This document shows, piece by piece, positions 1 through 6,489 of a stretch of DNA of 12,899 nt. The stretch lies in NCBI GenBank assembly GCA_038248345.1, contig JBBRXO010000079.1:1-12899 (forward strand). Reading direction: 5' to 3'. The notes under the pieces were generated by a model, which saw only the letters and a program-made list of their open reading frames with translations, had not been told where the DNA came from and ran no database searches. This DNA comes from Armatimonadota bacterium. Lineage in GTDB: Bacteria; Armatimonadota; Hebobacteria; CAIYQO01. The translations under genes were made by a program, and so were the position numbers. Every line of letters starts with the position of its first letter. Within the stretch, counting starts at the first letter, position 1.

Positions 1-24
1 TGCTGGGAGCGCACGCTCCCAGCA
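1..24. repeat. Perfect GC-rich palindrome/hairpin (REP-like)
   Basis: TGCTGGGAGCG (1-11) is the exact reverse complement of CGCTCCCAGCA (14-24). The CTGGGAGCG arm recurs at 5883-5891. The element may extend beyond the window edge. Confidence 0.8.
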
Positions 25-25
25 C

Positions 26-96
26 TCTCTTCGTGCCTTTGTGCCCTCGTGGTTTCCCTCGCTCTATCTCATGGGGGGGGGGCGCCCATGCTACGA
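26..96 (+). repeat. 71-bp direct repeat, copy 1
   Basis: Ungapped alignment with 5940-6010 (offset 5914) gives 67/71 identity. Mismatches are at 33, 46, 72 and 82. Confidence 0.95.
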
Positions 97-98
97 TA

Positions 99-126
99 GG
101 GCAGGCGGGACGCCGCGTTCCCAGGG
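99..126 (-). repeat. REP-like unit B (CCCTGGGAACGC-GGCGTCCCGCCTGCCC on the minus strand)
   Basis: 99-114 GGGCAGGCGGGACGCC is the exact reverse complement of 5920-5935. 115-126 matches the reverse complement of 5881-5892 at 10/12. Confidence 0.8.
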
Positions 127-158
127 AGTTGTAGCCTGCGCCCTTGCACATTTATTGA

Positions 159-187
159 TTGTCAGACCGGACTATTCCTTGTATACT
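159..187 (+). promoter_or_regulatory. Putative sigma70 promoter for the cheBR-kinase operon
   Basis: TTGTCA (159-164), a 17-nt spacer and TATACT (182-187). A Shine-Dalgarno AGGAG at 242-246 precedes the ATG at 254. Confidence 0.55.
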
Positions 188-253
188 TCCCTATGGTAAT
201 AGATCGGGAAGTGCAACGATGTCGTATGGCTCGTTGATTACAGGAGATGTGCT

Positions 254-3241
254 ATGACCCGAAAAAAGAAATCCGACGTGCAACCAGAAGTTCACGCCAT
301 GCCCGATGCGCCGCGAACTTCGGGGCGGGAGGCGAGCTTTCCTATCGTCGGTATCGGCGCGTCCGCCGGGGGGCTGGCGGCGTTTGAGACGTTTTTTCGG
401 CAGATGCCCGCCGAGACCGACAGCGGTATGGCCTTTGTGCTGGTGCAGCATCTGGCCCCTGCACACACCAGCCTCCTTGTTGAGTTAGTGCAGCGCTATA
501 CCAGCATGCACGTTACTGAGATCGAAGACGGCATGGTCGTCGAGCGCAACAACATCTATATTATCCCCCCCAACGCCGACCTCTCAATTTTCCATGGCCG
601 GTTGCAGCTGATGCCGCCCAGCGCACCGAAACGGATACCCTTGCCCATTGATTCTTTTTTTCGTTCGCTGGCGCAGGAGAAAGAGGATGACGCTATCGTC
701 ATCGTGCTCTCCGGGGCCGGCAGCGACGGCACCCTCGGCGTGCGTGCGGTGAAAGAGGCTGGCGGCATGGTGATGGTGCAGGCGCCGGGCAGCGCAGAAT
801 ACGACAGCATGCCGCAGAGCGCCCTCGCCACCGGTCTGGTGGATTATGTGCTGCCCCCGGAGGAGATGCCCGCGCAGTTGCTCGCCTACGTTCAGCATGC
901 CGGAACCTCGCTGCAGTCGGACACCGATCCGCTGCCCAAGGAGGTGGATGACGCGCTGCAGAAAGTATTGCTACAGTTGCGTACCCACCTTGGGCATGAC
1001 TTTACGGATTACAAGCCGAGTACCATCCGCCGTCGTATCGAACGACGCATGGTGGTCAATCAGCTGGATACCCTGGACGCCTATGCGCGCTACCTCCAGC
1101 AAACGCCGCAGGAAGTGGCCATCCTCTTTCGCGAATTGCTGATCGGCGTCACGCGCTTTTTCCGCGATACAGAGGCGTTTGCGGCGCTGAAAGAGCATGT
1201 GATTCCCCACTTATTCGACGGCAAAAGCGCCGGAGAGGCGGTGCGCGTGTGGGTGCCCGGCTGTTCCACTGGCGAAGAAGCCTACTCGCTGGCTATGCTA
1301 CTGCGTGACTATGCCACGCAGCAGCGCGCCGAGATCAAGGTGCAGGTATTTGCCACAGACATTGATCCGGGAGCCATCGAGACCGCCCGCGCCGCCAGCT
1401 ATCCCGCTAACATCGCCGCCGACGTGCCCCCGGAGTACCTGGGACGTTATTTTACCCAGGAGGAACAAAGCTACCGCGTGCAAAAATCCATCCGGGACAT
1501 GGTGGTGTTTGCCGAGCAGGACCTGATTATGGACCCGCCCTTTTCCCATATGGATCTGATTAGTTGCCGCAATCTGCTAATTTACCTTAACGCCGATCTC
1601 CAGAAAAAACTGCTGCCGTTATTTCATTACGCGTTGAATACGAATGCGTACCTGTTTCTCGGCAATTCGGAGACCGTCGGGGAATTCACTGACCTGTTTA
1701 CCCCCAGCCAGCGCAAGTGGAAAATCTACCAAAGCAAGGCAGCGGTGACGCCTTATCGCCTGATCTCGGTCCTTCATCCGTCGTTGCCCGGCGCCAACCG
1801 GGTGCAAGGCGTGCCGGGGGGAGAGGCCCGTCTAGCAGAGCCGCGGGGCAGCCTGCGGACCATTATGGAGCAAAACCTGCTGACGCACTATACGCCACCC
1901 AGCGTGCTTATCAATGACGCCGGGGAAGTGCTCTTCGTGCATGGCAGCACCGGTGGCTATCTGGAGCCGGCATCCGGCGAAGTTAATCTCAACATCGTGC
2001 GCATGGCGCGTCCCGGCATTCGGGTGGAGTTGTCCACTGCCGTACACAAGGCGGTGACACAGAAAGAAGTCGTCGATATCGAGGGATTGCAGGTGCAGGT
2101 GAATGCGCAGCTGCAGACCGTGAACCTGCATGTAAGACCGGCGACCGCCCCCGCCGCACCGGGATTGTACCTGGTGGTGTTTGACGCACTCCCCACCGTG
2201 GCGTCCACGCCGGCGAAGAGATCCACCCATACAAAGGCTACCGGTCCCGACCCACAGATCGCCACCCTGGAGCGGGAATTGCGCGCCAAGGATGAATATC
2301 TGTCCTCCCATATGGAAGAATTGACGACGGCCAATGAGGAGTTACAGTCTGCCAACGAAGAATTGCAGTCCACCAATGAGGAGATGGACACCTCGCGCGA
2401 GGAATTGCAATCGGTGAATGAAGAATTATCGACGGTGAACACCGAACTGTCGAGAAAGATCGAAGAACTCTCCCAGGCCAACGGCGACATGAACAACCTG
2501 CTGGCCGGCACAGATGTGGGCACGGTGTTTATCGACCGTGAATTGCGCATTCAGCGCTACACCCCCGCCGCCACCGCGATTGTCAACCTCATTCCGACCG
2601 ATATCGGGCGTCCCATCGCGCATCTCGCCACTAACCTGATGCACTACGAGACGCTACTGCAGGATGCCCGCCACGTCTTTGACACCCTGCAACCCAAAGA
2701 GATTGAGGTGCAGACCGATGACGAGCGTTGGTACCTGATGCGGATATTGCCGTATCGTACCCAGGAAAACGCCATTGATGGCGTCGTTATCACCTTCGTC
2801 AACATCACCGCGCTGCGCGCGGTGCAGGAGCTACTGCGGGTCTCGCAGCTCACCGAGCAAGCGCATGCCTTTGCCGAGAGTATCGTGGACACCGTCCGCG
2901 AGCCATTGCTCGTGCTGGACGCCGACTTGCGCGTCATCTCCGTCAACGACGCCTTTACCGACACATTCAAAGTTAACAGAGACGAATCAGTCGGGACAAT
3001 GTTGTATGAGTTGGGCAATGGTCAGTGGAACATACCAACGTTGCATACGCTGCTGGATGAGCTGTTGCCGCAGCGAACCACCATACGTGACTACGAGGTG
3101 ACCCATACCTTTGAGCACATCGGGCCGCGTGTGATGCTATTGAATGCACGTGAACTGCGCCTGGTCGACGGCCAGCAACGGATGATTCTGCTGGCCATCG
3201 ATGATGTGACCGAGCGACCGGATAAAAGAGGGGCGATATGA
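254..3241 (+). CDS. CheB methylesterase-CheR methyltransferase fusion with coiled coil and PAS domains (CheBR-type)
   Basis: CheB catalytic motifs GIGASAGG (Ser), VQHL (His) and LSGAGSDG (Asp), with no REC domain. CheR motifs GVTRFFRD, RVWVPGCSTGEEAYS, FATDID, DLISCRNLLIY and LFLGNSET. NEELQSxNEE heptad repeats are followed by PAS_10/PAS-like domains. RBS AGGAG. Confidence 0.95.
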   Translation: MTRKKKSDVQPEVHAMPDAPRTSGREASFPIVGIGASAGGLAAFETFFRQMPAETDSGMAFVLVQHLAPAHTSLLVELVQRYTSMHVTEIEDGMVVERNNIYIIPPNADLSIFHGRLQLMPPSAPKRIPLPIDSFFRSLAQEKEDDAIVIVLSGAGSDGTLGVRAVKEAGGMVMVQAPGSAEYDSMPQSALATGLVDYVLPPEEMPAQLLAYVQHAGTSLQSDTDPLPKEVDDALQKVLLQLRTHLGHDFTDYKPSTIRRRIERRMVVNQLDTLDAYARYLQQTPQEVAILFRELLIGVTRFFRDTEAFAALKEHVIPHLFDGKSAGEAVRVWVPGCSTGEEAYSLAMLLRDYATQQRAEIKVQVFATDIDPGAIETARAASYPANIAADVPPEYLGRYFTQEEQSYRVQKSIRDMVVFAEQDLIMDPPFSHMDLISCRNLLIYLNADLQKKLLPLFHYALNTNAYLFLGNSETVGEFTDLFTPSQRKWKIYQSKAAVTPYRLISVLHPSLPGANRVQGVPGGEARLAEPRGSLRTIMEQNLLTHYTPPSVLINDAGEVLFVHGSTGGYLEPASGEVNLNIVRMARPGIRVELSTAVHKAVTQKEVVDIEGLQVQVNAQLQTVNLHVRPATAPAAPGLYLVVFDALPTVASTPAKRSTHTKATGPDPQIATLERELRAKDEYLSSHMEELTTANEELQSANEELQSTNEEMDTSREELQSVNEELSTVNTELSRKIEELSQANGDMNNLLAGTDVGTVFIDRELRIQRYTPAATAIVNLIPTDIGRPIAHLATNLMHYETLLQDARHVFDTLQPKEIEVQTDDERWYLMRILPYRTQENAIDGVVITFVNITALRAVQELLRVSQLTEQAHAFAESIVDTVREPLLVLDADLRVISVNDAFTDTFKVNRDESVGTMLYELGNGQWNIPTLHTLLDELLPQRTTIRDYEVTHTFEHIGPRVMLLNARELRLVDGQQRMILLAIDDVTERPDKRGAI

Positions 3242-5796
3242 AACGCGAACCATCTGCTGAAAATTCGCTGCGAACACGCGCCGAGAAGAGCCTGCAAGCC
3301 GAACCTGAATCAGTGGACACGCTGTCGCATGTGGAGGCAAAACGCCTGCTACATGAGTTGCGTGTGCATCAAGTCGAACTAGAGATGCAGAATACCCAGT
3401 TGCAGCAGACGCAGGAGGAACTGACCACCACACGTGACCGCTACCGCGATCTCTATGACTTTGCCCCGGTGGGGTACTTGACCATCAGCGTCGACGGGCA
3501 CATCCAACAAGCGAACCTGACCAGCGCCAGCCTGCTGGGGGTCGTACGCCACAAGCTGGTACACCAACCGCTCATGCATTTCATCGCACGCGACGGGCAG
3601 GATGCCTATCATTTCCTCCGCCAGCGCCTGGGGCAAGCAGAGACGCCACAAACGGTGGAATTGCAGATGATTCGCGCAGATGGCTCGTCATTCTGGGCAC
3701 GCCTAGACGCCATTGTCACGCATGAAACACACAGCGAGGACGCCGCGCAGCACACGGTGTATCGGGTGATCATCAGTGATATTACCGAGCGCAAACAGGC
3801 GGAAGACGCACTCACACAGAGCGAGCAAACGCTGCGCGAGGTGAATGCAACGTTGGAGCTACGGGTGGAGGCGCGTACGGCTGAGTTGGCGCAGGCAAAT
3901 GCGGAGTTGCAGGTAGACATCACCGTGCGCAAGCAGGATGAGGAGGAGCTACGGGAACTCACCACTCGTCTCAAACTAGCCACAGAGTCAGGGCAATTTG
4001 GCGTGTGGGACCTGAACCTGATCACGGGTGAGATGATCTGGGATGAGCGGATGCTGGCGTTGTATGGTCATACACGAGAGACCTTCCCCGGTGGCATCGA
4101 AGCATGGGAAACAGGACTACACCCGGATGATGCTGCAATAGCGACTGGGGAATTTGAAGCAGCTCTTAGTGGTGAAAAGCCCTTCAACACTGAGTTCCGA
4201 GTTGTTCATCCTGATGGGACTGTCAGGCATATTGATGCCCACGGCGTCATCATCCGGGATAAGAGTGGGAACCCAACCCAGGCACTTGGGCTAAACAATG
4301 ACATCACCGAGCGCAAGCAGGCCGAAGAGGAGCTACGGGAGACTACGGCGCGGCTGAATGACCTGTATGTGTCCATGACCGAAGGATTGGCGCTGCACGA
4401 AATAGTTGCCGATGCGACGGGCACGGCCATCGACTATCGCATCCTCGACGTGAACCCCGCGTTCGAACGCATCACCGGCCTTACGCGTTCCGGGGCGGTC
4501 GGCATCCTCGCCTCGCAGTTATACGGCACGGCCCACGCCCCCTACCTCGACATCTTCAGCATGGTAGCTGCCACGGGCGTACCCTACGAATTCGAGACCA
4601 CCTTTGACCCCATGGGCAAGTGCTTCCACATCTCAATCTTCTCGCCGGGCAAGGGGCAATTTGCCACGGTGTTCCAGGACATCACCAAGCATAAGCAGGC
4701 GGAGGAAGAACGCGAGCGCCTGCTGGATGAACTAGCACGGCGCGCCGCGGAATTGGACGCGACCGTCGAAGCCATCGCGGACGGATTGCTGATCTATGAC
4801 ACCGACGGCCATGTGATACGCACGAATGCGACTGCCGACCGTATCCTGCAGTATACCTATAAGGAGAAAGAGCAGTCTATTGCCGACCGCGCACTAGCGT
4901 CACAGCCCACGAAAGCGGACGGCACAACCTTTGCTTCAGGTGAAACGCCGGCAAAACGCGCGCTTCAAGGCGAAACGGTGTCGGGCGTGATCATGGTTAT
5001 CCACCGCCCGCATCGGATTGCCTGGTTATCAGTGAGCGCCGCGCCGATCCACGGCCGAGACGGGGAGATCGTCAGCGCGGTGGTAACGATCACCGACATC
5101 ACCGCCCTCCACGATCTCCAGGAAGAGCAACAAGCCTTTCTACATCTGGTCTCGCATGACCTGCGCATTCCTATCACCATCATCAACGGATATGCACAAG
5201 TTATGCAGGATGCGCTGGCAGCACAAGGAGTGGATGGCCTGCTGCTCTCCAGCGTCTCGGCGATTCGGCGCGGTGTGAAGCGGATGAACACCATGATTCA
5301 GGATCTGGTGGATCTTGCCCGTGTGGAAGGCGGACAACTCGCGCTCAAACCACAACCGATCGCGCTGTCCGACTATATCCCTGACCTGCTCACCCATTCC
5401 GCCGCCGTGCTGACGGTGACGCGCATCCAGGTAGAGCTACCACCAGACCTGCCGCTCATTGCAGCGGATGATGACCGGTTGCAGCGCATCCTCACTAATC
5501 TGTTCTCGAATGCGCTGAAATACTCCGAACCCGACACGCCGGTGCTGATCAGCGCGTGGCGGAAAGATGAAGCGGTGGTCATCACCATCACCGATCACGG
5601 CTGCGGCATCCCAGCAGAGTCGCTCCCGCACCTGTTCGAGCGATTCTACCGCGTCCCCAGCGAGCGGAAAGCCGAAGGCATCGGCCTGGGCCTCTACATC
5701 ACCAAGATGCTGGTAGAAGCGCACGGCGGCCGTATCTGGGTGGAGAGCGAAGAGGGCACGGGTAGCAAGTTCCACTTTGCGCTGCCGGTGGCGTGA
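3238..5796 (+). CDS. Cytoplasmic multi-PAS sensor histidine kinase (HisKA + HATPase_c)
   Basis: ATGA overlap with the upstream stop. N-terminal LHELxVHQxELEMQN coil and about four PAS/PAC modules, several ending in DITxRKQ-like linkers. H-box VSHDLRIP, N-box NLFSNALKY, G1 DHGCGI, F-box LFERFYR and G2 GIGLGL. No obvious TM helix or REC domain. Confidence 0.95.
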   Translation: MKREPSAENSLRTRAEKSLQAEPESVDTLSHVEAKRLLHELRVHQVELEMQNTQLQQTQEELTTTRDRYRDLYDFAPVGYLTISVDGHIQQANLTSASLLGVVRHKLVHQPLMHFIARDGQDAYHFLRQRLGQAETPQTVELQMIRADGSSFWARLDAIVTHETHSEDAAQHTVYRVIISDITERKQAEDALTQSEQTLREVNATLELRVEARTAELAQANAELQVDITVRKQDEEELRELTTRLKLATESGQFGVWDLNLITGEMIWDERMLALYGHTRETFPGGIEAWETGLHPDDAAIATGEFEAALSGEKPFNTEFRVVHPDGTVRHIDAHGVIIRDKSGNPTQALGLNNDITERKQAEEELRETTARLNDLYVSMTEGLALHEIVADATGTAIDYRILDVNPAFERITGLTRSGAVGILASQLYGTAHAPYLDIFSMVAATGVPYEFETTFDPMGKCFHISIFSPGKGQFATVFQDITKHKQAEEERERLLDELARRAAELDATVEAIADGLLIYDTDGHVIRTNATADRILQYTYKEKEQSIADRALASQPTKADGTTFASGETPAKRALQGETVSGVIMVIHRPHRIAWLSVSAAPIHGRDGEIVSAVVTITDITALHDLQEEQQAFLHLVSHDLRIPITIINGYAQVMQDALAAQGVDGLLLSSVSAIRRGVKRMNTMIQDLVDLARVEGGQLALKPQPIALSDYIPDLLTHSAAVLTVTRIQVELPPDLPLIAADDDRLQRILTNLFSNALKYSEPDTPVLISAWRKDEAVVITITDHGCGIPAESLPHLFERFYRVPSERKAEGIGLGLYITKMLVEAHGGRIWVESEEGTGSKFHFALPVA
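3916..4340 (+). repeat. Intragenic 41-bp in-frame direct repeat pair (3916-3956 / 4300-4340) flanking one PAS module
   Basis: GACATCACCGtGCGCAAGCAGGatGAgGAGGAGCTACGGGA versus GACATCACCGaGCGCAAGCAGGccGAaGAGGAGCTACGGGA is 37/41 identical, with a 384-bp (128-codon) spacing. Confidence 0.85.
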
Positions 5797-5800
5797 GACA

Positions 5801-5825
5801 TAGCATGGGCGTCCAGCCCATGAGA
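5801..5825 (+). repeat. REP-like unit A (TAGCATGGGCGTCCAGCCCATGAGA), hairpin just after the kinase stop
   Basis: Internal stem CATGGGC-gtcca-GCCCATG. 5801-5814 is the exact reverse complement of 5994-6007. Related inverted copies lie at 5981-6008 and 67-94 and carry GTAG at the 5' end on the minus strand. Confidence 0.8.
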
Positions 5826-5880
5826 ACGGGGTTGGGAGAGATAATATATAAACACAGATAAGGTAGGTAATATGTGTATC

Positions 5881-5935
5881 CCCTGGGAGCGTAGGGTGTA
5901 GATCATGAGGTTCTCGAATGGCGTCCCGCCTGCCC
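5881..5935 (+). repeat. REP-like unit B interrupted by a ~27-bp insert
   Basis: CCCTGGGAGCGT (5881-5892), then extra sequence at 5893-5919, then GGCGTCCCGCCTGCCC (5920-5935). The uninterrupted inverted copy is at 99-126. Confidence 0.7.
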
Positions 5936-5939
5936 TTTT

Positions 5940-6010
5940 TCTCTTCTTGCCTTTGTGCCTTCGTGGTTTCCCTCGCTCTATCTCAAGGGGGGGGGACGCC
6001 CATGCTACGA
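5940..6010 (+). repeat. 71-bp direct repeat, copy 2
   Basis: 67/71 identical to 26-96. Contains the TGCCTTTGTGCCTTCGTGG short tandem motif, a G9 run and an inverted REP-like unit A. Confidence 0.95.
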
Positions 6011-6028
6011 GGGGCTTTCCCAGCAGAT

Positions 6029-6057
6029 TTGACGCCACGTTTCACAATGGGTATATT
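6029..6057 (+). promoter_or_regulatory. Putative sigma70 promoter, probably leaderless, for the hypothetical-lpxB operon
   Basis: TTGACG (6029-6034), a 17-nt spacer and TATATT (6052-6057). The ATG at 6064 follows the -10 box after 6 nt, with no Shine-Dalgarno. Confidence 0.6.
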
Positions 6058-6063
6058 TATCGT

Positions 6064-6489
6064 ATGCCGTATGGGAATCCGACAACTATTGTTAAACCAC
6101 AGCGCAAACATCATGGGCCGCTGTTCACTATATTGTGGATGCTGCCGGCCATGCTGGTGGCGCTGGTGGGTGGGTATCTGCTGGCGCAACGGGTGGTGGC
6201 GCCGAAGTATCTGCAGGGGAGCGTAATACGCCACCAGGACAACAAGCCTATTCGCACGCTCTCGCCCGATGACGCCAGCAAGCTGACGCGCGACGAGCCT
6301 TCGCCGGTGTGGACAGAGGGCGTACGAAAGTCTGACCTGCCGAAAGACGCCCCGGTGCCCAAAAGCAAAAAATCATCCGGAAGTAAGCCTGGCAGTAAAG
6401 TTCCTCCGCCCGAGCCCGAGCCGGAGAAGCCCCCCGCCGATGCCCCGGTGGACGCCCCCGCAGCTGACGTGACGACGACGACTAACTGA
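6064..6489 (+). CDS. Hypothetical single-pass membrane protein with Pro/Lys/Ala-rich C-terminal tail (141 aa; start revised from 5905)
   Basis: The ORF-track extension 5905-6063 reads through repeat DNA and a promoter. From ATG 6064 there is a basic N-terminus, a hydrophobic helix LFTILWMLPAMLVALVGGYLLA and a low-complexity tail. The TGA overlaps the lpxB ATG (TGATG). Confidence 0.75.
   Translation: MPYGNPTTIVKPQRKHHGPLFTILWMLPAMLVALVGGYLLAQRVVAPKYLQGSVIRHQDNKPIRTLSPDDASKLTRDEPSPVWTEGVRKSDLPKDAPVPKSKKSSGSKPGSKVPPPEPEPEKPPADAPVDAPAADVTTTTN

Noticed and set aside
1957..2550. 197-aa minus-strand ORF with DCNSS repeats, and other antisense ORFs over cheBR and the kinase
   Set aside because: These are shadows of the NEELQS coiled-coil codons and GC-rich coding strand, with no independent motifs.
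5804..5822. Hairpin after the kinase stop as a Rho-independent terminator
   Set aside because: No U-tract follows, and it is better explained as REP-like unit A, though it may still stabilise the 3' end.
26..6010. Direct repeats as a CRISPR array, prophage att sites or integron attC sites
   Set aside because: Only two copies 5.9 kb apart. No cas, integrase or tRNA gene is present, and I could not identify RYYYAAC/GTTRRRY attC boxes.
5905..6063. N-terminal 53 aa of the 194-aa ORF in the ORF track
   Set aside because: It translates REP/direct-repeat DNA and a promoter. ATG 6064 is the better start.
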